Shown: piece after piece, positions 1-12,495 of the stretch
Layout of the letters: each line of letters opens with the position of its first letter
Numbering within the stretch: the first letter of the stretch is position 1
Source: Chrysomallon squamiferum
Lineage: Eukaryota; Animalia; Mollusca
DNA: 64,000 bases
Assembly (NCBI GenBank): GCA_012295275.1
Contig: CM022679.1
Span: forward strand, 12,524,001 to 12,588,000
Direction of reading: 5' to 3'
Program-made: the position numbers and the translations under genes
Notes under the pieces: model-generated
Told to the model about the DNA's origin: nothing
Database searches by the model: none
What the model saw: only the letters and a program-made list of their open reading frames with translations

Positions 1-663
1 ATATCAACGATATAAACAATAATTTTATGACATTTGCTGCCAATATACTGTATCACATTGTTTTTTTTTCTTTATTTAAAATCAGAATCCTGGCATCCAG
101 AACTGAAAATAAAATGAAAGATTTTTCTCACCACATCGTTCAAACTGTTTGAAACATTTAAACAGTTCAGTCACTTGCCTCCAGTGTACGTAATAACCAA
201 CACAATGGGAGAGGTGTCTGTTTATGTCAACTGTTATCAACGTCTTGTGAATAATCGGTAATTAAATCAATTAATTAATTAAGAAAATATAACACCAGGT
301 GAATGCGGGGTTAATTTAAATACCTTAATAGTTACACCTCTGGCTGAAGAAACTGGAGTCCAAATGAAAGTGTTTACAGTTGATAGCACGTCTTCAGTTT
401 AGTTATTTTGTTGTTTTTAACACTTCAGGTTAACACTGTTATATTGCTTCAAAGCAAAAATTGTATCCAGTTTATAATATTCTAAGACTGGTGCCTAGAT
501 ATTTCTTGTTCTGTTTTATATTTTAATTGTTGCTGTCGTTATATTTATTGCTTTGTTATAGAATTTTATTTTAATCCATGTTTTTCTTAGAAAACTTGCT
601 TATGCTTTTCGAAAATACATGAAATCTGATATTCGTAGTATATTCAGTAATTCATTTCTGCAC

Positions 664-768
<105 letters not shown>

Positions 769-1489
769 CAGGCCACACATACACACACAAATTCTTTGTC
801 ATTACACTTGCAATGGTAACTATGCACTGATCATCTAGTTACTGCTTTTCAAGCTGTTACATATTCCTGAACATTTTTCTTCTAACGGCCACGCTCTGAA
901 TTCATCTCTTAAAACAAATCAAGACAATTTGTATTTACATTTTCCCCCTTAGTTTAAAGCAAAATTACAATTACTTAGTACAGACCATTCTGATCTCCTA
1001 GAAACACTGGATAAAAATAAAAACCTAACAGATGTGGGCCTACACACACGGAACCAGGTAACGGTTCTGTACGGCACGCGACAGATGGCAGATAATATCT
1101 TGCGGTAGTCTTTCATCCCTTGGGTTGCACATCACAGAACTGACCCAAAGACTATTTAACCCTGAGGATAATTCTGGGATATCTCATAGATCAGGTTAAT
1201 GGTCGTCCGAAATAAAAATGAAAACTCTCTTGAGATTTGTAATGACCACGTCGGGCATTGAAGGTAAAAACGGTTCATTGTGTGTGAAAACCAGGTTATT
1301 GTTTCAAATGTGTTTGTTTCAAAAAGAAAGCGACAAGAAAAGAAAAGAAAAAGAAACGGAACAAATGGGATTAATATTAAAGATTACTGTAATGACACCA
1401 ATGATTAATATAATCAATCGGTTATTGTACATAAAATTTTTAGTGCATCTGATAATGTATAATTATACTGTTAAAATAAATCCAGCTAC

Positions 1490-1600
1490 ATTTTTGCATA
1501 AAATATAAGGGATCCTTTATATGCATTTCTTTGGATAGGATAGCACGTACAGCGGCCTCTTCCATAGCATTAGTTAGAATGTGAAACAGCTAAAAATGAG
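1490..1600 (-). mobile_element. SINE fragment, same family, reverse orientation
   Basis: aagggatcctttatatgcat...aggatagcacgtacagcggcct is the reverse complement of the SINE core region (the atataaaagatcccttg-type segment). Confidence 0.45.
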
Positions 1601-1749
1601 AAACTAAGAAGCACTTTTCAAATTAGACTATAATCAATGATATACAGCCGGTCCCCAGTAAATGTGTACTGTATTTTAATTTTATTTTATATGAATTAGG
1701 TAATTCAGTGAATAACGATTGAATCAATGACTAAATTAAAATCATAAAA

Positions 1750-1991
1750 TACTACTACTACTACTATTACTACTACTACTACTACTACAACTACGACTAC
1801 GACCACTGCTACTGCTACTGCTACTGATATTACTATTACTATTGTTACAACTGTCACTATTAATGCTATTTCTACTGTTACTGCTACTATACTATTACTA
1901 CTACTACTACTACTACTACTACCACTACTACTACTACTACTACTACCACTACTATTACTACTACTACTACTACCACTACTACTACTACTAC

Positions 1992-2035
<44 letters not shown>
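1750..2035. repeat. (ACT)n/(AAT)n trinucleotide tract
   Basis: Directly visible. Many similar ATT/AGT/ATC tracts occur across the window, for example 8220-8347, 10290-10630, 11810-11910, 14560-14710 and 34510-34640. Confidence 0.95.
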
Positions 2036-2036
<1 letters not shown>

Positions 2037-2220
2037 CAAACGAACTTACTGCATGTTTACTTTCTGGCCAATCTGACGTAATTCGGAATAAACCAGCTAT
2101 AACCTTATAACAGAAAAGGTAGCGTATATAGTAGGGAAAGAAATCATAATTTATTTTTATCTTTCCGTATTCTTTTTTTTTTTCTTTCTTTCTTTCTTTA
2201 TTACTATTAGACTGGTCGTA

Positions 2221-2274
<54 letters not shown>

Positions 2275-2498
2275 CTTCCTTCTGTCTCCCCTGAGTAGTC
2301 GCCCCTACTAGAAATCTTCGTTCAGAAAATCTTTTTCTCATTCGAAATTCAAAGTTTAATATGTCATTATGACCATTTCTTACCTGCAATTATTTTAACC
2401 TAATAATCAAGAACTATTTCGTATTTAATTAAGTTGACAGAATATATAACTTCAAAATAAAGACAAAATAATCACAAGACAAATATTTCGATAACACA

Positions 2499-2504
2499 TT
2501 TATT
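2499..2504 (-). terminator. Candidate polyadenylation signal (AATAAA) for neurogenin copy A
   Basis: TTTATT on the plus strand is the first AATAAA I found downstream of the stop codon. It would give a 3' UTR of about 450 nt. Confidence 0.45.
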
Positions 2505-2586
2505 TGAAATAATGAATGTAGATATATATCTCAAAAATTTAATAAATAACACAGCATTTTCTTTCGGGCGTCATTCAATCTCACAC

Positions 2587-2665
<79 letters not shown>

Positions 2666-2943
2666 TAACTTTGAAAGGCAAGAAAAGAAAAGAGATACAT
2701 TTTTTTTAAGAAAGAAATATAAAACGTATTTCATGAAGTTACAAAATACAACAAAGGTTATGAAAAAAAGTTCTTTGGAAGACAGGGTTTTGTCCATAAA
2801 TTGACCAAGATTCCAGACGTCATATGGCGAGTTGGCCCATTTTGTACAATGACCAGTTCATTGTCCAATGTATGCAAGGCGAGCTCATTGACCACTATTA
2901 AGGCAGATATCACAGAGAGAAGAATTACAGTCAATTTAAGACG

Positions 2944-3741
2944 TCATCTGTAGAGAACAGACTGAAGCGGAAAATCAAAAATGGCGTCCTCTGGCTTCGG
3001 GGCAGGGGCAATGTTATTAGCACTTGTGTTCGGCGGACTCGTCGTCATGAAGGCAAAGTCTTTTTTAGCCCACAGAATGGAATTACTGTCCTGGTTAATC
3101 GCAGACACGTGGCCTGTTGTGTCTGAACGTTGTCCGCGAAAGGCAACGTGGTCGGAGCCGTACCCTGTGGGTGACACGATGTTTCCGTAACTCGGTGAGT
3201 CGGTGCAGACGGAGTCTTGGTAACTGCAGTCGCTGTAGCCGGAGACGTCGCTGTAGCCAGAAGCGTCGCTGACGGAGCTTCCCGGAGAAACGGGATCCAG
3301 AAGTGACGACGCGTCTGGAAAAGTGAAACTTTCTCCGTTTTGCAAACCGTTGTGGTGGTTTGGCGTAACGTCGTCCTCCATTATCTTCAGCGTCTCTCCC
3401 AGGGCGTAGATGTAGTTGTATGCGGTTCTGAGAGTTTCTATCTTCGTCAGTTTACCGTCCACCGATGACGGCAGCAGCGTCCGCAGGTGTTCGAGGGCGT
3501 CATTCAGCCCGTGCATCCGATTTCGTTCCCGATCGTTGGCTCGCTCGCGACGCGAAACTTTTACTTTGGTTCTCTGCAGCGGGTTTTTGGCTTTCGTCTT
3601 CCGCGTTCGTTTCTTTTTCTCAGGCGAGCTGACGTCCTCGTTTATAATCATTTCGTCTGCGCTCCCTTCGTCCTCCATGTTCGAAATGTCGTTACTTTCG
3701 TTGCTAATGACAACACAGTTTTCTTTTCTAATCGGTAACAT
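2944..3741 (-). CDS. ngn: Neurogenin-family bHLH transcription factor, divergent paralog (copy A), single coding exon, 265 aa
   Basis: The b[58 protein letters not shown] carries the neurogenin signatures [10 protein letters not shown] and KLTKIETLR. The ORF is GC-rich and uninterrupted, with TATA/Inr upstream and AATAAA downstream. Subfamily placement is less certain than for copy B. Confidence 0.9.
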   Translation of the reverse strand: MLPIRKENCVVISNESNDISNMEDEGSADEMIINEDVSSPEKKKRTRKTKAKNPLQRTKVKVSRRERANDRERNRMHGLNDALEHLRTLLPSSVDGKLTKIETLRTAYNYIYALGETLKIMEDDVTPNHHNGLQNGESFTFPDASSLLDPVSPGSSVSDASGYSDVSGYSDCSYQDSVCTDSPSYGNIVSPTGYGSDHVAFRGQRSDTTGHVSAINQDSNSILWAKKDFAFMTTSPPNTSANNIAPAPKPEDAIFDFPLQSVLYR

Positions 3742-3968
3742 CTCTTATTTTTTGTTTTAGTTTTTTTTTTTTTGTTTTTTTAAATAAAAAAAAAAAAAAA
3801 AAAATGCAGTTAACTTTCTGTCCGGATTAGTTTTATCCAATGTTTTCTTAAGCGATCTATTCTTCAGTTCTGAAAAACCGTTAAAGTCCACACTGTTTTT
3901 AACAAAACCAAAACCGCACAGAAAAAAAACAACAGCGACCCTCACGTCTTTATCGAATGAATTCCAAT

Positions 3969-4110
3969 AGCTGAATCTTGTTCCCTAACGGTGGTGGATT
4001 TATACCCAGCCCCTATAGGGAGCCTTTTGTTCCCGGGTGTTGATTGACAGAATAAAGACTCCCGTTCGACTGCAGCCGACAATTGGTCGTCACGTGACTT
4101 GCGGCTGGCG
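3969..4110 (-). promoter_or_regulatory. Core/proximal promoter of neurogenin copy A
   Basis: On the minus strand, GGGTATAAAT (TATAAA at 4004-3999) lies about 30 bp from an Inr-like TTCAGCT near 3972. Also present: TGATTGAC at 4041, a CCAAT-type ATTGG at 4082 and the palindrome GTCACGTGAC at 4089-4098. Confidence 0.65.
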
Positions 4111-5124
4111 GGTGGGTCTTCCAATTTGCGCGCGACGTTGTCGGATGATTAATACGAATACACTCGAGGGAATGGGTTACCAGGGCAGCCTGGACACTTT
4201 TTATTTATTATTTACTATCTGTTTATTGTAAGATTTTAAATTACAATAATGATAATTACAAATATTTTTTGTTGTTGTTTTTTTGGAGGGCGGTTTTGTG
4301 GGATATTTCTTGCGTTAATATTGGTTTTCTTGTTAATATTACAGTAATATTACACTATTTCTTTAATTTATATATACATTCTATATTATAAATATAATTT
4401 GTCATTATTATTATTATTTATTTTTATTTTTATTTTTATTTTTTTTCAGAACAAATGATTGTCAGAAATATGTTTATTCTTAATGTAAATGTTTGTGTCT
4501 AAACGTTTTGACGAATTTATATTTTTCAAATGAATGAATCTTTAATAAATGTTATAAGAAATGAAAAAGAATAAGTCAATAAGATTAAAATAAAGCAACG
4601 CCAAAACAAAATCAAGGCAAAAATAATTAAATAATTCAAATAAATAAATAAATTAATTAAATAAATCAAATAATAATAAATTAAATCAAATAAAAATAAA
4701 TCCTTATCTCTATTAATTCCATTAAATTTTATTAAGTTCACAAATACGAACTGGATACATTAAAACAATTTTATTTTCATTATATTGTTTTATTAGCCTT
4801 ATATCCATCGCTCAAAGTATCCACACACGTGCCTCTGTTTTCATAACAATTCGTTATCATTCTCGCAATTCCAGGCACCATTTTATCTTCGGCTTTTAAC
4901 CGCCGCCCGGCGCCAGTCGACTCAGTAGCTTGGGCGATTTTGATTGGTCAAACCGAGCGACCAATAAAAAGCTATCAAAGGGGTCGCGTGCGGGGCAGCA
5001 CGCCATGATGTTTAATCTTACGGAAGTCGGGTGGCTACTGTTATCCTGCTATCGAAATATCGAGCAAAAACTCGGTGGATCGTAGCCGCTTGAAAATAAA
5101 TAGCAACAGGCCTTTAGTTGTTTT

Positions 5125-5792
5125 TTTTTTTTCTGTGTCTGTTTCTGCTAATCTGTTTGATGTCTGATTAGATGTCTGCCGATTGAGATTAAAATAGATC
5201 ACGTTTGTTTACTTAACGATTCTTAATGGGATATGTAGATTAAGAAATGTTTTTAGATCGCTCAGACACTATTGTTTATTATTGTTGATGGGGGACAATG
5301 CAGTCAGATGAAATACATTTTAAAATAAGAATAAAGGAAAACGATGAATGATAGAAGAAATACTATAAGTGTGGGAAAGTGTGACATATATAGATACATA
5401 AATAGACACAAAATTAATAATGAAATATCAACATTTAAATATAGAGAAGCATGAGAATAAAAAATCTATTAATTTTTTTTTTCAGTAATCATTCTCTGTC
5501 TACTTGTATTAATCTGTTTGATGTTTGATTAGATGTCTGCCCAGTTCGCCTAAAATAGATCACATTTGTTTATTTAGCGATTTGTTAAACAGATTGGTAA
5601 ACTAAGAAACTTTTTATTTATTATTGTTGACTGCCACTGTTCAGTGAGATGAAGTAGTTTCCAAGTATATATAATACAAAAAGAACAAAACAAGAAAAGA
5701 AAAATAAATCACTTATTTATTTGAACGAAAGAAAAAACGAAAGAAAGATATATAAACATTTAAATGTAGAGAAACATAGAAAAAGAAACTTG

Positions 5793-5825
<33 letters not shown>

Positions 5826-6100
5826 CCGATAAATCATTCAAAGTGTTTCTCTTAATCTGTGTAACTAGATGTCTGCCGATTTAGATGAACATAGTGATTA
5901 TTAACATGATATGAAGATTAAGAAACTTCTTATATTTACTATTGCTGATGGCGACGAAACATTCAGAAACAAAATTTGTAAAGTATACTTAAAATAAAAA
6001 TAATAGAAAATGAAGAATAAAGAAAATAAAATTAAAATAAATTAAATATAGATAGATAGATAGATGAAATTATTTCTTTTCTAAACTTTTTTCGAGTAAT
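5125..6100 (+). repeat. Old tandem triplication of a unit of about 340-360 bp
   Basis: TAGATGTCTGCC occurs at 5169, 5530 and 5866. Each is preceded by taatctgt and followed by taagaaa...tattgytga. Confidence 0.8.
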
Positions 6101-6228
6101 TTGTTTTTATTATTTTATATACAATTGGCCTCAAAATCAAATGTGAATGCTTCAGTACGACTGTGTGTAATGTATATTTTAAACGCTGAGTTTTATTTCA
6201 TTTATTAGTTTTATTATTATTGTTGTTG

Positions 6229-6277
<49 letters not shown>

Positions 6278-6447
6278 CATCATCATCATTATCATTATTA
6301 TTATTTATTTATTTATTTATTTATGTATTTATTTTTGATTTTTTAAATTATTATTATCATTATTTTTTAAGATAAGAGTAATAATAAAAGATAATATTAT
6401 ATAACGGTTAGTGGACAATATACCGATATTGTATTAAATAATGAATG

Positions 6448-6481
<34 letters not shown>

Positions 6482-6519
6482 TGAAATATATGTAAAAAAT
6501 AATAACAATAAGTAAATAA

Positions 6520-6560
<41 letters not shown>

Positions 6561-7424
6561 CATTTAAAAAATAATAATTAAAAAAAAAAATAAATAAATA
6601 AATAAAAACAGCACAAATTACAGTAAGAAAAAAACAACAAAAACAAACATGCACCTAACACAGACAGATGGAAAGACTTCATCAGATGGAAATAATTCTA
6701 GCTATTGAAAGTATATACACTACGGCAATAAAAGTAACAAATCCAAAAATGCCAGGTAAAAAGGGAGACAATTTTGATTACAGTGTTTCTGAAAACACTT
6801 CATTAACATACTACAGTAAATATTTTCTCACTCTCTCTTTCTACTTTCCCGCAGTTCTTTGAGAAGAAGCCGCAATTTAAATGTGTACAAAAAAAGTATT
6901 TCTTTTGTTCATTGTTAACCTACAAGAGGCAAAGCGTAGTCGCTGTTAGTATGTTGGTAAATTGGGCTCTTCTGAATAGCAGATAATTTATAATGGTAAA
7001 ATTGTATCAATTTGTAATACGTCCTTCACAGCATGACTTATTACAAATAAACGAAAAAATCTGTCTTTTTGTTTGCAACAAACTGCGACCCATGCCGCGA
7101 ATATGTCACCAATTCTCAAACTAAAATTAACCCTTTTTCATCAAATGTTGATTAACAAGTTTTACTCTAATAATAACGATGCAGAATTTCATTGATAACC
7201 TGGACTGGCCAAAATTATGTTACTATTATTTCTGTGATTAAGATAATGTTAGTTTGAATTAAATTGTATTAAGAGAGGTTAATCGTTGTTTTATTATGAT
7301 CATTTTGAAGGCAAAAAAAAAAAAAAACGTCAAATGTTTAAGGTGATAAAAATAATAATAATAAAAATAAAAATAAAAATAAAAATAAAAATAAAAATAA
7401 AAATAAAAATAAAAAATAAAAATA

Positions 7425-7455
<31 letters not shown>

Positions 7456-7782
7456 CAAAAGCTGCTAACTAAAATTAAAAGGAACACAGCAAAGTAATCA
7501 GCAACCAAACTAATAATTATTTGTTTTTATTACTTTTGTAATTCTTGCTGCTGATGTGTTATAACTTTCATCGTCATCATCTTCATCATAGTTATTAATG
7601 TTGCTGTTGTTACTGTCACTACCTCTACTACTACTACTACTACTACTAGAGGGCCGGTGCAACCAGAGGCAAGGTAGGTGGCCGCCTTGGGCGTAGACCT
7701 CAGAGAACTGTAATACAGTCCTTTAATTTCAGTTTTATACAAATTATTAGGCTACGAAAAAAAAGCAAAAATAATAATAAAA

Positions 7783-7817
<35 letters not shown>

Positions 7818-8237
7818 CAAAAATTAACAAAAAAAAATTTAAAAAAAAAAATGAAAAAAAAAATAATAATAATGAAAAGAAAATATGCTGGTAACACTAA
7901 TTCATCGTTCATAATCAGTTTATTGTTTTCAGCACTAACAATGCTGTTTATTAGTATTATTATTATTGTCATACGTTTTTACAGTGAATGCCCCTTTGCT
8001 CCAAAGCGTGGGGGAACTGTGCCAGTGCCGTATTAATGGAGATTATGCCTTTTGGCACCTTCTTGTACTTATTTTTGATATTTAAAATAAATTTTACACT
8101 TTAAAGTTTCGTTCTTATTTAGTTTTTCTACCATTTTTTTTTTTCAAAAATTGAAGCTGTCAATTTTTTTAAAAGAAGAAATACAAATTGCTGGACAAGG
8201 GCGCAAACATAGGCTAGTATTACTACTACAACTACTG

Positions 8238-8350
<113 letters not shown>

Positions 8351-8419
8351 AGAAACCAGATATGCTCGTTCCAGTGACAAAGTGAAAGTTGCACTGGTTT
8401 CGCTGTCTGTCAGATAGAT

Positions 8420-8830
8420 ACAGTTTCATCTCGCTTTGCCGCCAGTAAGTGCCGCGCTTCGTCAAGGAAATGAACTTCAGATAAATTAGAAATCTGTTTC
8501 CTTAAATCCTTCCCACTCTTTTCGAACGCACGTGCACCACACTAATTAACACAATCGCCGAAGAAGGTCGCACGTGCCGACAACTAGCTATCACGTGATC
8601 TCTGAAATTGTTCTTGCCACTGCGATTTGTTCTGGATGACAACCGACAATGCTCCGGTGAATGGGAAACGGGGTTTTAAAATTTACTTGTTTGCAGATCC
8701 CACATTAAATCTTAACATTTGTCTGTTCGGCACGTGTCCGTGTTTGAAAATACAGTTTATATCAGAACGAGGACGCACGCGCCAGCGCTGGCAGACTTCG
8801 CGCGGAGCATGGCGCATGTGCAGTGAAAAC
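8420..8830. promoter_or_regulatory. Candidate enhancer with clustered Hes-type E-boxes
   Basis: CACGTG at 8529, 8571, 8592 and 8731, CACGCG at 8776, and Su(H)-like TTCCCAC at 8510 and ATGGGAA at 8661. It is a CpG-retaining island about 4.5 kb upstream of copy A. Confidence 0.5.
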
Positions 8831-10218
8831 GGATTTAATTACCATCGGTTTTACGAAACATAAACATGAATGTGAAATCAATAATATAACATACGTCAGT
8901 GCTGTGGGTGTTTTCTTATTAAATGTCAGATCCGTGTAATGGATGGGTGCGTGTATACGTAGAGGCAAAGTTGCAGGGTAGAGATATGATCAGTTATCTG
9001 TCTGGAACGACGTGTGAACGGACAGATTTGCGGACGTCAGTTTTTTTTTATAGGCTGTAAAGATAAATATATATATTACCTGATAACGTCTAAAAGAGAA
9101 TGTATGTGTGCATGTGTTTTTGTTCCTTTGTTTTGCTGTTGCAGCTTTTTAAAAGATTATTTTATCTTGTTTTTGCGCGCGCTCTCGTGTGTGTGTGTGT
9201 GCGTGTGTGTGTGTGTGTGTGTGGGTGGGTGGGTGGGTGGGGGTGTGTGGCTTCATAGACCTATAAAGGTGTATATCAGTGCGTGAGAGATAAACACTTT
9301 AACAGAGACAAAAGCAAAGAGACAAAACGAATGACCAATGTACAAAGCTATTATTGTAAAATCCGACGTTTTAAAAGAATGTTTTTTCACTATAACACTT
9401 AAAACGAATTAAAATTCTACAATGCTAGCCTATGCTTATTTTCAATAGTTTTGTATTTAAATTCCACAGTTAGAACTAAAACTCATTTATTTTCAATTTG
9501 TATCATTTACCTTTTTTATTCTTAAACTAAATCCTTCATCTTTTGATTACTTCATATCTGTCATTTATATATTTTCTCTCTTTTATAATATTTAAACTCT
9601 ATGCCTATAATTACACCCATTTTCTTCTAATTTCCATCATCTGCTTTTCTAACTTCTCTCTTAAAATCCTAGCGTTTTATAGGGCTTTTTGGGGGTTTTT
9701 GTTCTGCTCTGGGCCAGTTCATTTGTTTTTAAATCCCTGGACTCAAAACCTGCCAAACTCAAATAACTGAAGCCTTGTCAGGCTGGCTTTTTTACACATA
9801 TTCACCACCACGCAAAAGCAATGAACACGTTTATTGTAAGGGAAAATTAAACAAATACACGTATACGCCTAGAAAATACCCCAACGAACGTGTAACTGAT
9901 AGGACCTGCCTTAATTAAGTTTTAAAAACGTCGACAATGGCCGGAAAAATGGGTCGCGGTAGCCGGCGATATTTTCTTTTCTTTAAAATTTGATTTAATT
10001 TTCACGGTTGCGAATGAATGTGGATTGAAAGTTTTTAATTTCGCCGCGAGTCACCTTTTGTACAAACTTGTGGTTGTGTTTATATCGCCTCGCTTCTTTT
10101 CATGCCCGTTCTTTCCTTTATTTCACTTTCCTGTGTGTCTTTCGTAAGATAATCGCTGATTAATTAAAATGGATTACAAGACGACATCTTGGTGCAGATG
10201 TATGTTTGTCGGTTTTTG

Positions 10219-10254
<36 letters not shown>

Positions 10255-10289
10255 AAAAGAAATTTTGGAGAAAGTGTATATGTATGTGC

Positions 10290-10335
<46 letters not shown>

Positions 10336-11826
10336 GTTATTATTATTATTGTTATTGTTATTGTTATTGTTATTGTAATTTTTTGTTGTTGTTACTACTG
10401 TTGTTATTATTATTATTATTATGACTACTACTACTTCTATTTTCTTCTATTATTATTATTATTACTACTGCTTCTACCACTACTACTACTACTATTATCA
10501 TTTATAATTATTATTATTGTTACTGTTCTTATTGTTGTTCTTGTTACTAGCTCTGTTACAAATATTATACTATTGTCGTTGTCGCTGTTGTTGCTGCTGT
10601 TGCTGTTATTATTAGTACCTGTGCTGTTAACACTACACTTTTGTTATTGTTAGTGTATTAGAATTTACTTTATTATTTAAGAAAATCTAAAATAAATGTC
10701 AAAACTGAACCTGTCAGTGACAAATACATTAATAATTCATGTAGCAAATGTCAACTTGAGATTACGCTATACCGTTATAAGATTAACATACTTAACACCA
10801 AACCGTTATCTTAAAATCAACTCTCACAAATGTCAGTAATTACTCGAATTACGTCACATACTAATTTCAAGATATACAAATAAAATATATGCGTACATAT
10901 CTACATTCGTGCATACGCGCAGAAAGATACACATATTTATTCATATATATACACACATACACAGATACATACATAAATACAGACATATATATATACACAC
11001 ATATACACACATACATACATATATACATTTATTGATTTACTATTTTATTTATTTATTTATTTTATTTTTTTTTTTTATTTTATTTATTTATTTATTTTTT
11101 TTTTTTTTTTTTTTTTTGATGAGTGTATTGTTTATAAATTTCAATGTAACAGATACTGCAATCAGAAATATTCTACTGTATTATAATTAATTAATTACTA
11201 TTAAAGCACGTCTTGAGTATCTACACCTTAATTAACATTCGATCGAGTTTTGTTCCCGTTTTACATAACAACTCTTCCAATCATTATTAAATCTGTGCTG
11301 CATATCTTTGCGTCTGAAAACCAGTGAAACGTCCCATATCGGCTTCGTTAATTTGCTAATGACTGTAATGTGGCTTCTGTTGTGTGTTGCAGTCTAATCA
11401 AGACGTAGGATCAAAACGCAATAACGATCATGCTTCATTTAAGGCCTGGAATTGTAAAACGACATAAGGTATACAGAGCTGATAACGAGAAAAGAAAGAT
11501 AAGAATTAACTTTCAAAAAAAAAAGAAAAAAAAAGAGTAAGAACAGATTAATTGATTATAATGATTTAAAAAATGATGATTGTTATGATAATGATTATGA
11601 TGATGGTAGTAATGATGATGTTGTTGATAAATGAACTTTTGTGAAGGGGAGAAATTAACTTGTTAAAGGAGCGGTTTCCCTTCCATTGCTCCAAATGAAA
11701 TTCGTAATTCTGTAAACCTTGCGACAAACGAGGATTTTAGTTTTATTTCATCTTAGTGTGCTCTTTTTATGTTTTAGTATCCTTTATTTAGTTAATTTTT
11801 TATTACTATTTATTTATTTATTTATT

Positions 11827-11915
<89 letters not shown>

Positions 11916-12454
11916 TTTACTTTTTTACTTTTTATTATTTTCTAATCCTTCTTTAGTTTTTTTCTTTTTTTTACTCTTTGTTTGTATTTATTTATTTATA
12001 CAAGTTTTTATTTATTTAGCACCAACATCTGAATTATTTATTTTGTCATATTCAACAATTTTATTTTCTTTAATTATTTTAGAAACTGAAGAGATCGTAA
12101 TTGTAGCAATGATAGTGAGAGCAAATGTAGTAATGATTGTAGTTGTTTTAACAAATACAGTAGAATAATAGTGATTACAGATGTAGCAGTTATAATACTA
12201 GTCGTAGTTACAGTAGCACAAGCAGACGAAGTAATAACAGCAGTAATAGTAGTTATAAAATAAAAGTAGTGTTTGTAGAAACAGCAGTAGTGGTAGTGGT
12301 ATAGTAGTAGTAATAGTAGTAGTAGTAGTTGTTGTTGTTCTTGTTGTAGCAGTAATGCTAGTAATATTAGTTGTTCTATTGTACTATTATTGTTATTGTT
12401 ATTATTATCATCATCATCATCATTATCATCATCATCATCATCGTCATCATCATC

Positions 12455-12495
<41 letters not shown>

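Noticed and set aside
3416-3760. Plus-strand ORFs (114 aa, 83 aa) over copy A, and likewise 25845-26156 and 25455-25838 over copy B
   Set aside because: These are antisense or alternate-frame shadows of the bHLH coding sequence, with no independent protein signal.
7648-7705. GC-rich agggccgg...ggccgccttgggcg resembling a hAT-type MITE terminus
   Set aside because: No partner inverted terminus or target-site duplication could be identified.
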